Positions 18,017 through 36,150 of a stretch of 64,000 nt of DNA are shown here, piece after piece. The DNA lies in NCBI RefSeq assembly GCF_009914755.1, contig NC_060937.1; one strand, given 5' to 3'. The first letter of the stretch is position 1, and each line of letters starts with the position of its first letter. Both the position numbers and the translations under genes were made by a program. The notes under the pieces were generated by a model, which was given only the letters and a program-made list of their open reading frames with translations, was not told where the DNA came from and ran no database searches. The stretch comes from the human T2T-CHM13v2.0 reference genome, Homo sapiens.

Positions 18017-20033
18017 ATGTCTTCAGGGAAATATATTCCACACTGAATTCCTAACTTAAAAAACAAAGAAAAGCTATAAAATGTGAAAAAAAAAAAAAAA
18101 AAAAGGTCAGGCGCGGTGGCTCATGCCTGTATTCCCAGCACTTTGGGAAGCCAAGGAGGGTGGATCACTTGAGGTCAGGAGTTCAACAGCCTGGACAACA
18201 TAGTGAAACCCTGTCTCTACTAAAAACACAAAAATTAGCTTGGCATGGTGGTGCATGCCTGTGATCCCAGCCAATTTTTTAAAAATTGGCCAGGTGTGAT
18301 GGTGTGCACCGGTAGTCCCATCTACTTAGGACGCTGAGGTGGGAAGGCCGCTTGAGGCTGCAGTGAGCCTTGATTCCAACACTGCACTCCAGCCTGGGAG
18401 ACAGAGAGAAATCCTGTCACAAAACAAAACAAAACAAAAAAGAAAGAAGGGGGAAGAAAAGAAAAAGGAAAGAATCAGAAAAAGAAGAAAAAAAGAAAAG
18501 AAAAGAAGGGAGGGAGGGAGTAGGGCATCACTTTGTCTAAATAATTGTAACCACAAAAAAGTGGAGACAGGTGAAGTAAATAGATGAGTATGGCCAGAGC
18601 ATGGGGCAGCAGCAGGAAAGGAAAGAACAGATATGTATGGTTTGGACTAGATGAGTGTTTCTGAGCCTTTTTGATAATGCCCTCCCTCCGTTCTGATACA
18701 CACTTTAGGACACAGTGTGGGAATCATGTCATCTCTGAACCTCCTTCAACCAAGATTTTGTCCAGCATTAGATTCTATTTTTGCATTGTTAAGCAGGTTT
18801 TTGTTTTGCACCATAAAACTGTAATATTCAGTATGCTTGTTCAAACACCTCTCCTACTTTCTAAACCCTACTTCTAGCCTCCTTAAGAAGCAGTGGATCA
18901 GAGGAGTCCCCGAATTTAAACCTCCAGAGTTTCGCGTAATTGTCTCATTCCACTGCAGGGGAGAAAATATAATTTCTCTTCTTTCTCTCTTTATTAGTTG
19001 AGACATTCTCCTGAAAACAAAATTCAGAGCAACAGGAGAAACAAGCAGAAGTTTATTAGCACTTGCTGTACCCATCGTGTGAGAGGCCTCAGTTCAGAAG
19101 TATTTCTCTCTCAAGGCATGTTGTGAACAGCACAAGGTCAGACATAACCAGGTCCACACACGTTTATGTCTTTCCACAGGGTGGGAATATATTGATGCTA
19201 TTTCAATTATAAAAGCCACGAGCTACGAGGAGTTGCCTCGAGACAATTCCCTTCAGTACTACTTGTTAACTTGGTAGAGCCATGGGCAAAGGCTCAAGCC
19301 AGTCCACGTGTCAGTCAATACTGCAAACTATACATCATAGTGTACTTAAAATACAAACGCTATGGTTTAAACATTCTCCATCAAACAAAGTAACATTGGA
19401 CATCAAGAGAAAGAGGATAGGAAAAGGGGTTAATGGATCAATCCAAGGAAAGCAATGACGGGAACAAGGAGTGTATTCCAGCCTGATCCAGACAGAAGTC
19501 ATTGTCTTCCAAGGAAGTCCTTGATGTGAGCAGATCCTTAGGCAGCAGATGCAGGGTGCTAAGCACAAGTGACAGCAAGGTGGGGTCTATCAAAATGCCA
19601 GTGTTGAATTGGTCAAATCCCGCCCTTTTTAAGGTCACAGTCCTCTGGTGAGGACTGATAGTGAGTGCCTGGTCCTGTCTTTATCTGGCTGAGTGCTGTC
19701 TCTATTAACTAGGTGCACATCCAGTCCCCGTTGCTATGATGCCTTTTGAAATGTAAGATTAAATCTTTTTCTAAGATGTAGGTACTTATGCGACGGGTGC
19801 TTTATACAAAGCAGTAGCGTAGGGGCCTTAATTAAATAGTATTTTAACAAAAGGCCATAAATCCTATATGATGACAAGCCAAAAAACAGAGCATCTTCAG
19901 ACTTCTAAAATGCAGGAGCCAGGCGCCGTGGCTCAGGCCTGTAATCTCAGCACTTTGGGAGGCCGAGGCGGGTGGATTGCTTGAGGTCAGGAGTTCGAGA
20001 CCAGCCTGGCCAACTGGTGAAACCCCGTCTCTA

Positions 20034-20369
<336 letters not shown>

Positions 20370-20712
20370 CTAAAACCACTCAAGAGTTTGGGCACAGTGG
20401 CCTCCCTGTGTGAGGAACTTGCTTCCCACTCACCAAAAGACAAACCCTTCGCCCATCCCTGGCCGCGCACCCGGCCGGTCACCCGCGCTGCCACCCACAC
20501 CACCCTCCTGTCCATAAAGAGCCCGCGTTTGGGACGCCTCGCAGGCTGAAGGGAGGCCTGGGCGTCCGCGCTCCGTCTGCCCTTTCTCCCCTCGCGGGCT
20601 TCCTCTTTCCTCACTTTCTCCCGCCACTACTCTTCCTCTTCCTTTTCCGCGAACCCAGCCCACTTCCCGTTTCAGGACCTCGGCTCGGCCCCAGTCCCCC
20701 GGACCAGGCCGG

Positions 20713-20913
20713 GTCACGTGGGTCCAGGGTCACGTGCCGCTGCGGGTCACGTGCCGCTGCGGGTCACGTGTCGGCCTGCATCACGCGTGAGGGGGCGCGC
20801 GGTGCTGGAAGCTGCCGCACCTGCGGGGAGCCGAGCCGCCGGCGCTCGACGCGCGCGCTCTCGCGAGACCCGCGGGATCACGTGACGCCCGGGCGCGGCG
20901 CAGCTCACGTGAC
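20713..20913. promoter_or_regulatory. Cluster of six CLEAR/E-box elements (TFEB/TFE3/MITF/USF)
   Basis: GTCACGTG at 20713, 20729, 20746, 20763; TCACGTGAC at 20878 and 20905; CLEAR consensus GTCACGTGAC is established for lysosomal genes. Confidence 0.9.
20859..20868. promoter_or_regulatory. TCTCGCGAGA palindrome (CGCG element; BANP/ZBTB33-associated motif)
   Basis: Perfect match to the known CpG-island promoter motif. Confidence 0.75.
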
Positions 20914-21102
20914 AAGCGCTGCCGGCCGCGGTGTCTTCTTCGTGCCGGCGTCGCAGTGGCCGGGCCTCTTGCGTCTGGTAACGCCGCTGTCTCTAACGCC
21001 AGCCCTTGGCGCCCGCGCCCCGCCACCGCAGCGCCCGGCAGTCCGCGGCCCAACCGCCGCCCGCGCCCCCGCTCTCCGCACCGTACCCGGCCGCCTCGCG
21101 CC

Positions 21103-21163
21103 ATGGCGGCCCCCGGCAGCGCCCGGCGACCCCTGCTGCTGCTACTGCTGTTGCTGCTGCTCG
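21103..21163 (+). CDS. LAMP1: LAMP1 exon 1 coding part (signal peptide)
   Basis: GCGCCATGG Kozak; MAAPGSARRPLLLLLLLLLL(G); donor G|GTGAGG; 61 nt. Confidence 0.97.
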
Positions 21164-22591
21164 GTGAGGGGGTCGAGGCGGGGCCTGGGAGCGGCGGGAC
21201 CGGGCGGAGCCGAGGTCCCTGGGTCTTGAGGGCGGGGGACTGCCGGGTCGTTGTCCCGCGGGTCGCCCCGCACCCACTGCTCCTGGTCCCGGCCGGCTCT
21301 GCCCGCGGGCGGGTGTTTCTCTCGGGGTCGTAGGGTCGGAGCGGAGCTCAATGGCAGGTGCTTGGGGGACCAGGAGGTCTCATCCCAGGACCTGGCTCCT
21401 CTAAGGTCTGTCTCACTGAACTCAGTTTTTCTGTGGTGGTGAGTGCGAAAGGGAACTTCCGATGGCTTGCTCGGCGGTCTGGTGCTTTCAGGTCGTTAAG
21501 TTTCCTGGCAAGTTGAGGCGGTGAGATCTAGACGAGGCTGCGCCGCCGAAGGTGGCAGGGACGTCTGTGGTCTCAGCTCCCGGGTGGGTGACCTAGATCA
21601 AGCTCTTCCCAACATGGATTTCACCCAGGACAGGGAGAAGCCGGTGCGAGCATTCCCCACCTTTGTACTTGAACCTTTCTCCTCTTTCAGCGGTGTGGAG
21701 GAGATGCGAGTGTATTTATGTTATTGTGAATTCACATGTATGTTAAAATAATTTTTAAAGTTATCTTTGGGATTTCACAAGATTCCGTAGTAGACAAGAT
21801 GAGGGAAAGCTGGCCTCAGACTCACGGTGGCAATGTTCATGTCTAGTAAGTAGTTTAAAGAGCGCCGTTCCTGTAGGCCGAAATGCGGGACCAGGGAACA
21901 CGTGGGGAAGCACCCTTCTCTTCTGTCAGTTTATAGAGCTCAGATGGGCAGTAGGTGCTCAATATTGTATTGACTAGTGAATTTCGTTCTCATTTATTGT
22001 CTTAATAAGAGGATGTGTGCTGTCTCTTTAAGACAGTCCGGATTGCCCCCCGCCAACACTATTCTTTCACCTCCTCCCCCCGCCGCCCTCCCCCGTAATA
22101 TGAGAAGATTATCTTAAATGCCAGGATCTGAAAGGTGATGTAGAATCAAGCTGGGGGAGTGTGTGTGAGTTAAGTAGATATAGAAATACACTCCTGTACA
22201 CATCTGCCTTGACTTCTTTAAATCCCTCAGTCCCATCCAGCTGTAAAACTCTGTTACTGTGAGTGAATGGATCTTGGCTTCCCTTTTTTGTTTTGCCTGT
22301 TGTGTAAAATGAATTCTTTGAACTGCCTGAATAGCCACAGAGATGAACTTATTCCAATAGTAAGCCTGAAGCCTTGCTCAGCTCCTGCGACAGGGTCAGG
22401 TGTAGTTAATGAAAGGAGTTGCAGAAACAAGTTTTGTCATGTCACAGCAACTGCATTGTTCTTTGTTACAGATGCTCACAAGCCTCATAACTTTGATGTT
22501 TTGTTTCATGTTTTAAAAACTCACTTCAGGCCGGGAGCAGTGGCTCACGCCTTTAATCCCAACACTTTGGGTGGCCGAGGCAGATGGATCA

Positions 22592-22899
<308 letters not shown>

Positions 22900-22941
22900 C
22901 TAAGATCTGTTCCATTATATCTTTTATGTTTACAATCTTAA

Positions 22942-23091
<150 letters not shown>

Positions 23092-23117
23092 TAGGCTAAT
23101 TTATGTATTTTTGGTAG

Positions 23118-23512
<395 letters not shown>

Positions 23513-23838
23513 TGAGCCACCGTGCCTAGCCAAAATCCAACTTTTAAAAAAGGCCTTTTAACAACTTGCATTTAAAGATATTTAAAATGTTTATTTTAAT
23601 GTGCGATTTCACCAAAAATCCTTTTTTCTTAAAAAAAGAAACTGCTCAATTACAAATTTCCACTATATTAATAATTAGGCATTGTTTAAAGCTACTGTGT
23701 TTGAATACTTAGAAAGCTCAAACATGAACTGAAACTTGTCCTGATAGATAGGATTAGCTGTGATTGCGTAATGTGACCCTTTAAACCATTGATGTCAGCA
23801 GGATGACCGCCTTACCCTTTCCACTTGAACAACTGTCA

Positions 23839-24252
<414 letters not shown>

Positions 24253-24263
24253 TCACTAGGTCA

Positions 24264-24508
<245 letters not shown>

Positions 24509-24993
24509 CTACTAACCGATGTTACCTTTGATTGTGCAGATTGTCAGTTATGCGGTGGAAAGAATGAATTTGTCAGCAGATTTGAGGTCAGAATGTCTTT
24601 GTAGCCCTGTAATTTTGAATTTGTATTGCATTAGCCCCATCCCAGACAACGTTACCCTTTCTTCTCTGTACCCAAGACTTTTATTGCATGTGCTTCTACA
24701 TGGTAACATCTGTTCGGCTGCACTGGGATTATTTTTGCCTGTGTATCTCCCTTCCTTAACTGACAGGTAGTAAGTGCTGAGTACATATATGAAGAAAGGA
24801 TCAATTTTATAGCAGTGGCTCTCAACCAAACATATGCACGGATCCACACGATCAGCTTTTTAGAAATATACATACCACAGCGAGGCACAGTGGCTCATGC
24901 CTGTCATCTCAGTGCTTTGAGGCTAAGGCAGGAGGATTGCTTGAGATCAGCCTGGGCAACATGGCGAGACCAGTGTCTCTACAAAAAAAATTA

Positions 24994-25248
<255 letters not shown>

Positions 25249-25295
25249 CTACTGGACTCCAGCCTGGGTGACAGAGTGAGACTCTGTTTCCATTT

Positions 25296-25333
<38 letters not shown>

Positions 25334-25496
25334 TTTACACACACACACACTTATACCTTGCCTCTAGAGGTTGTGATTCAGTGCCTGGGATGGTATTTTT
25401 TTCCTTTAGTTCTTCATAAATGATTGTGCATCATTGGTTAAGTAGAATAAAAATACCATATTTAAAAGAATCAAGCCAAGAAAAACTAAGATGTGA

Positions 25497-25679
<183 letters not shown>

Positions 25680-25822
25680 TAGTGGTGACAGGGTTTCTCC
25701 ATGTTTGGTCAGGCTGGTCTCAAACGCCTAACCTCAGGTGATCTGCCCACCTCGGCCTCCCAAAGTGCTGGGATTACAGGCGGTAGCCACCACACCCAGC
25801 CTAAGATGTAATTTCTTAATAA

Positions 25823-26007
<185 letters not shown>

Positions 26008-26409
26008 TAGTAGAGACGGGGTTTCACCATGCTAGCTAGGCTAGTCTCAAACTCCTGACCTCAGGTGATCCGCCTGCCTCAGCCTCCCAAAGTGCTGGGA
26101 TTACAGGCTGGGATTACGGGCTGTGCCCGGCCTAATTTTTTAAAATGAAGTTTTTTACTCATTTCTTCAGATGGTAATCTTTAATGTCAAAAGCGAGTAT
26201 TTCTTAATTTTTATTTATTTTAATTCAAAAAAATTAAATTTTTTTTTTAAGAGACAAGGTCTTGCTGTGTTGACCAGCCTGGTCTGGAACTCCTAACCTC
26301 AAGCAGTCCTCCGCTTCCTCAGCCTCCCAAAGTGCTGAGATTACAGGCATGAGCCACTGCACCCAGCCAGTGTTTCCTCATTGGAAGCCCGTTCCCTCAG
26401 TCATCAAGT

Positions 26410-26620
26410 GCTGGAGAGGCAGCGTGGCTCAGAAGTGGCACGTCCTGTGAGTCAGAAGACCCCTTCTAGATCTAGGTCTCCGCCACTCACTAGCTGTGTG
26501 ACCTGGGTGGGTTAGTTGACCTCTCTATGCCTTAATCTCCCTATGAAGAGTTGTCATGATAACTGGGATGTGCTTAGAGCAGCACCTGGCACAAAGTAAG
26601 TGCATTCCAAGTGCTTGTTA
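26410..26620 (+). mobile_element. MIR SINE
   Basis: CCGCCACTCACTAGCTGTGTGACCTGGG ... GCTTAGAGCAGCACCTGGCACAAAGTAAGTGC MIR core. Confidence 0.7.
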
Positions 26621-27326
26621 AATGAGATAGTTTTTGATGTTTTGTGTCAGATACTGAGGATTGAATGATGAACTTGATGGGAACCCTCTGTACCTGTGCA
26701 GATGTTTAATAACAGCTGACATCAAAGCTGGCGTCAGTGCCGGGCACCAAATGCTCAGCTGCTCCGACAGCCCTGAGGCCTTGGCACTCTCTCCTCCTGC
26801 TCGTGGGTGCAGAGACTGGGGATTGGGCTCTGCTACTGGCCATGGTTGCACAGCTAGTAAGTGCTGCAAGAACCTCCAAGAACTGAGGGCTGTGACTCAG
26901 AAGCACGCATGCTTCCCACAGCGGCACTTGTTTCAGAGAACAGAATTTCTCCCAAGTGGGGGTATTTTGAAGCCACAGTTACTCCTTTATGTGATCCCTG
27001 GAGAAGTGGTCCTGTTCGTGTCTGAGTACAGGACTGCCGGAGATAGCAGTCACCAGTAGGCCAGGGTGCCCACCTTGGAGATGCTGCCAACGGCTGTCCT
27101 GTTGGGCTGTGACACCTGTCAGGTTACTGGAAACATTGTAACTTACTTGAGGTTTTTTGTCTTTTTTTTTTTTTGCTACCCAGTTGCCACTGTTGTGGAG
27201 GTTTTTAAAAAAACTTCTGACCCTTATAGCATACATACATTTCCTCCTCAAGCTCTGTGTGCTGATGCTCTTATTTTCTTCTATACCAAAATTGCCTTCT
27301 GGGGGTAAGTTTATTTTAATAACTCA

Positions 27327-27545
<219 letters not shown>

Positions 27546-28314
27546 CTACCCCGTCTCTACTAAAAATACAAAAAGTAGCCAGACATGGTGGTACAAACCT
27601 GTAGTCCCAGCTACTCAGGAGGCTGAGGCACGAGAATCGCTTGAACCTGGGAGGTGGAGGGCTACTGCACTCCAGCCTGGGCAAGAGTGAGACTCAGTCT
27701 CTAAAAAATAAAAATAAAAAAGCTGAAACCCTCAGCATATTTACTAAGTGAAAAAAAAATTGTATAATTGAAAAATGACTTAGTTTGAAATATTTCCTAA
27801 TGAAGTGCTTCGGGTCAGTGAAAAGTGTTTGAGGAAACTTATAAAAGGGCAGCTTAATAAAAGCCAGCCTATGGCTGCTCCCATGTGGGCATCCGGGTTG
27901 TCAGTGGTGACTGTGGGCCCTGTGACTCCTCACCTGAGGGCGGGGTGGGCAGTCTCCCTGTCCACGCTGAGCTCCAGTCAAGTGTTAAGTCTCTGGCGTC
28001 TGCTGTGTCTGCCTGTCCGCTGCTTCTGCCTTGCTGGCGTCTGCTGTAGCTTCTGTACACTCATCTGATCTTTCACAAGAGTGAGAATATTTTGTCTGTT
28101 TTTAGAAACCTTTACTATGTCAAAAATAAGTGGTAGAATCTTCCCTAGATTCTCTAGATTCATTGGAAATGCCGTTAGTATGATCCTGCCTCAGTGTTGC
28201 AGAGTGTGGCTTGAAAAACCAAGCAAAGCAGACAGTAGATTGGAGGTTTCCTTGCACGCCCTACTTTGTTTCATTGTCGTGTAGCACCTTTTCTTTTTCT
28301 TTTTTTTTTTTTGA

Positions 28315-28503
<189 letters not shown>

Positions 28504-29600
28504 TAGGCTGGTCTTGAACTCCTGACTTCATGATCCACCTGCCTCAGCTTCCCACCAAAGTGCTGGGATTACAGGCGTGAGCCACTGTGCCCGGCAGCAC
28601 CTTTTCTTTATGGACATAGATTTTGGTATTTCCTTTACCAAAGGGAAGATAGGTGGGACTACTTCTGGTTATATGCTTCGCTTTAGGCTTGAAGAACAGT
28701 TGCTGTAAAGATTTTATTTTGTGAAAGACCCAAGGTTGAAATGAGTCGGATTCATTGGAATCCATTACTTTTCCAGGGAATAGGATTTTAAATGAAAAGC
28801 TAAGCATCCTCTCTTTCAATATCTGCCCTCACAGTGTGCCTGAGTTGCATTTACACTTAGAGTGACAGATGAGACTCGGGTGTGTGTGTGGTTGGAAGGC
28901 TGTGCTCACGCAGTGTGAGATCAGCCCCTGGGTGGTGAGTGCTCACTGGACTGGCATGCACGAACTTGTAGTGGCAGAGACAAGTGAAAGCATGTCATTT
29001 CTGCACGGATTCCAGTGGTGGCAGATAGGTGTTTGGCGTTAGAACAGGCAGAAACACCTGTTTTCCAATCTGTAATGAAAGAACTGTGTAATAACGTGCA
29101 ATTTGTACAATTACCAGTGTCTCTACCATAGTGATCAGATTACATTTGTTGCCAAACATCTTGATCAGGGAAGTGGAGTATGAGTAAGTCAGAGAGGAAA
29201 TATTTAGCAGTGACCACTGTCCAGCTGGAAAGACCTATAGAGCTTCCATTCTGTCCCTTTGCTTCAGGATGGGGAAGGGAAGCCACTCCACCGATGTGTA
29301 GTGCTGTGAGGACCTTTCTGAAATTGGGCAAAGAGCTCAGCACTTTGAGTCCATGAGAAATAAAACTGACCAGACGTTAAGTAGCAGGTGAGGACCACAG
29401 TGAAAGATCCTGCAGCCTCTCCCATGGATTTCTGCAGATGGGTGAGTTGTGCCTTCAAGGCACCACGTCTTACAGAGATCCTCTGAGAAAGGCGGAACAG
29501 CGTATGCCTAGGATGATGCAGAAATTGACATGTGCCTTCCTGATAAGTGTTCTGGAATAAAGCACTAAATAGCAATAGACTAGGTTGGCAAACTCAATCA

Positions 29601-30246
<646 letters not shown>

Positions 30247-30304
30247 GTAGGAAACACCAGGGCACTTCATGCTTCCCTTGTGTGTGTGGAAAGATGATTT
30301 TTAA

Positions 30305-30692
<388 letters not shown>

Positions 30693-30709
30693 TAGCCTTG
30701 ATGGTCTCA

Positions 30710-30802
<93 letters not shown>

Positions 30803-30806
30803 CTAG

Positions 30807-31043
<237 letters not shown>

Positions 31044-31254
31044 TGATCTGCCTGCCTTGGCCTCCCAAAGTGTTGGAATTACAGGGGTGAGCCACCGCTC
31101 CCAGCTCTAGTTTTCTTCGTGATTGTCTTTTATAATCATAATGTAATACTTTATTATGTTAATTCACCATAATTTGTTACACACTCCCCTATTAGTAATT
31201 GGTAAGTTGTCTTGAATCTTTTTCATGCTCTGTGAATGTGGCTTTTTTGATTTA

Positions 31255-32117
<863 letters not shown>

Positions 32118-32916
32118 TAGGATTACAGGCATGCGCCCAGCTAATTTTTGTATTTTTAGTAGAGACAGGGATTCTCCATGTTGGTCAGGCTGGTCTCAAA
32201 CTCCTGACCTCAGGTGATCTTCCCACGTCGGCCTCCCCAAGTGCTGGGATTACAGGCGTGGCCCAGCGTACCTGGTCTCCAAGCACTTTTTATTTAATTT
32301 CTACATCACTTTTTTAATGTTTGGTTTTGGTGGTTGGATTTTTTAAATATTCTATTATAAATTATGTTTCACAAGTGAGGTCACCTATATGCTGTTATGC
32401 ACTTTGTTATTTCACAGAACATGTCTTTATCACCTTGTGTAGTTTCGTGTTGTTTTTTGGCCCACGTTAGTATACTGCTTCACTGTAGTTCATTTGACCT
32501 ATCTAGTTTACTTTGATGAACATTAAGTGGTTTTCCAGTTGCTCGTTTTGCTTATAGTAGTAAATTTAAACATTTCTGCTATAAACACCTTCTTTGTTTA
32601 AAGAAACATTATTTAAATGAACATTTCTATAGTAAAAAAGTAGTGATAGCTTTTCTCAAATATATATCTCACCCTGAAGCTGGTGTGAATTGTTTCAATT
32701 TCAAGACGCTTTAAATTCTGTTATAAATTATATTAACATAAAATGAATTTATGGGGTTGTTTTGTTTTGTTTGGAGACAGAGTCTTGCTCTGTTGCCCAG
32801 GCTGGAGTGCAGTGGTGCAGTCGTAGTTCACTGCAGCCTCAAACCTAGGCTCAAGCAATCCTCCTGCCTCAGCCTCCTGAGTAGCTGGGACGACAGGCAG
32901 ACACCACCATGTCTGA

Positions 32917-33078
<162 letters not shown>

Positions 33079-33295
33079 TAAGCCAACTTTCTCTTACACC
33101 TGAAATACTTTTCAGTCTTTTACTGACATGTAATACTAACCTTTTTTTGGTTTATATTAAAAATGAGTACCTCAGTAGTGATATCTTAGTTGGAAATGAA
33201 GTATAAGTTTATATCAGACTTACAGAAAATCTCTTTCTTTGAACTTTTAATAACCTGCATCCCAATTGGGTTACATTTAATTGTGTTTATTCTAG

Positions 33296-33515
33296 AACAT
33301 GACCTTTGACCTGCCATCAGATGCCACAGTGGTGCTCAACCGCAGCTCCTGTGGAAAAGAGAACACTTCTGACCCCAGTCTCGTGATTGCTTTTGGAAGA
33401 GGACATACACTCACTCTCAATTTCACGAGAAATGCAACACGTTACAGCGTCCAGCTCATGAGTTTTGTTTATAACTTGTCAGACACACACCTTTTCCCCA
33501 ATGCGAGCTCCAAAG
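33296..33515 (+). CDS. LAMP1: LAMP1 exon 3
   Basis: ctag|AAC; NMTFDLPSDATVVLNRSSCGKEN...FPNASSK; AAG|GTAAG; 220 nt. Confidence 0.97.
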
Positions 33516-33586
33516 GTAAGAACCAAAATGGGCCGATTATGAAGTGATAGAAAATTGGGTTGGAGGATTGTCTAAAGTTACTTTTA

Positions 33587-33958
<372 letters not shown>

Positions 33959-34361
33959 TCATGAGGTCAGGAGTTCGAGACCAGCCTGATCAACATGGTG
34001 AAACCCCCTCTCTACTAAAAATACAAAAATTAGCTGGGCGTGGTGGCGCGCGCCTGTAGTCCCAGCTACTCAGGAGGTTGAGGCAAGAGAATCACCTGAA
34101 CCCAGAAGGCGGAGGTTGCAGTGAGCCGAGATCACGCCACTGTGCTCCAGCTTGGGCGACAGGGCGAGACTCTGTCTCAAAAAAAATAAAAAACACATAA
34201 AGTAAACTAAGTACTATAAGTAGTTTGCAATTGTGATTTTTTTTTTTTAATCTAGAAATCAAGACTGGAATCTATAACTGACATCAGGGCTAAAATAAAA
34301 AACACATAAACTAAGTACTGCAAGTAGTTTGCAATTGTGATTTTTTTTTTTTTTAATCTAG

Positions 34362-34520
34362 AAATCAAGACTGTGGAATCTATAACTGACATCAGGGCAG
34401 ATATAGATAAAAAATACAGATGTGTTAGTGGCACCCAGGTCCACATGAACAACGTGACCGTAACGCTCCATGATGCCACCATCCAGGCGTACCTTTCCAA
34501 CAGCAGCTTCAGCAGGGGAG
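34362..34520 (+). CDS. LAMP1: LAMP1 exon 4
   Basis: ctag|AAATC; [24 protein letters not shown]...NSSFSRG; GAG|GTAGG; 159 nt. Confidence 0.96.
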
Positions 34521-35824
34521 GTAGGACGCTGACCCTTGGCCCTCTGGTGCTAGTGGTTGGGTAGCTGGGCTGCAGTGGCTGCGGGTGACCTCACTGCTCT
34601 GTGTCCTGGTGCTGGGCTCTGCCTGGAACGCGTGTGCACACAGCCGGCGACGTCTCTGCAGAACGTTCTCATCCTTCTTCCTAGGGCAGGTGACTTGTAG
34701 ATGAGGGTAGACACATGTTGATTAAAAAGGGTGGAATATTGAAGTGAAATATCCCGGGACAGAGACAGATGTTGTGTGGTCTCCCGTGGGAGCTAAAGCA
34801 GTGGGAGTCGGCGGGGGGCGGGTAGAGAGAGAGGTGATCACCAGGGGCTGGGGTTAAGTTGGTCAGAAGATAGAGCGTTTCCGGAAGACAGGAGGAATTA
34901 GTACAGCATGTGACTGCAGTTAATAATGTATTCTGGCTTGAATATTGCTAAGTAGATTTTAACTCTTCTCACCATAAAAAAGTAAGTGTTTGATTTTAGC
35001 TGTCACACATGTAGGTGTATTTCAAAACATCCTGACACACATGGTAAACGTATACAATTATTACTTGAAAATGTCAGAAGGGCAAAGCAGTTGAAACCTT
35101 TGTGCTTCTACTGGGGCAGAGATGATGGGACCAGGGTCACAGATCTCTTGCAGTTTGAGCCAGTTGCCTTCACACAGAGACATAGTCTTATCTCCATCCA
35201 GCTCTGGCCGGCCAGCTTAGGGACAGGTGCAGAAAGACCAACGCTGCCTCTCTGAGGAGGTCAGGGCTGCGATGATGTACCTGCTAACCCAGCCGCCGGG
35301 CTCTGGGGTCAGGCAGGGTCCAGGCCACCTCCTAGCCCTGTGATCTTGAGCAGGGTAGTTTACCTCTCATTTTCTTTGCATGTGGCATGAGATTAAAAGC
35401 CTGTCTTCAAAGGTTGTTGGAATTAAAAGAGAAATGTATGCAAAATGTGTATCTCAGCATCTGGCACAGAGTTAAGTAGCAAGCACCTGGTAAATCCTGT
35501 TACTTTTGAGGAGCTTCTCTCCCGAGCCTCACAGTCCAGGTCATAGGTTGTTGTCATTTTGCTGAAGCGTGAGGGCCTGTGATTTGCCTTAGGGTGAGCT
35601 TTCCCGGCTGATAGAAATATGTATGGAGACATCCCTTAGGGTGGGCTTTCCTGGCTGCTAGAAATATATGGAGACATCACAGCCTTCTCTAATCTTGAGA
35701 GCTACTGTGGAGACCTTTGGTTTGCAACATTCCTCAGCAGTCTTGCTTAAAGGCTGAGGAGTGACTGCTGGGCTCCACAGGAGGATCGTCCGTCTCACTC
35801 CTCCCCGAGGAGCAGGTACTCTTG

Positions 35825-36150
35825 CAGGTCGGCACCCCATGGTGCTGGGCCGGTCTTGCCCACCTCCAATTTCCATACAGCCCATGAGCTAAGAACGGCT
35901 TTTCGATTTATAAATGTAACATACCAAAAATCAGAAAACGAATATTTCTTGACACATAAAGATTATGTAAAATTCAGTGTCCATAAGTTAAATTTTCTTG
36001 GAACACAGCCACACTCATTTATTTACACATTATCTGTGGCTGCTTTTGTATTAACAGTGGCAGGGCTGTGTTGTCTTGACAGAGAGCCACGGCCCACAAA
36101 GTCTGAAATATTTACTGTCTGTAGCTTTGCGGCAGACTTTGCCTTCCCTG
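35825..36150 (+). mobile_element. MER58-like DNA transposon fossil (hAT-Charlie)
   Basis: GCCCATGAGCTAAGAA...TTGGAACACAGCCACACTCATTTATTTAC...GGCCCACAAAGTCTGAAATATTTACT. Confidence 0.7.

Noticed and set aside
21133-21162. CTG-rich poly-Leu tract as an expansion-type repeat
   Set aside because: Short, interrupted (CTA, TTG, CTC) and explained as the signal-peptide hydrophobic core.
20768-21351. Overlapping GC-rich ORFs and an N-terminally extended LAMP1 (20956)
   Set aside because: Mostly non-ATG starts in a stop-poor CpG island; the ATG at 21103 has a strong Kozak context and gives the known N-terminus.
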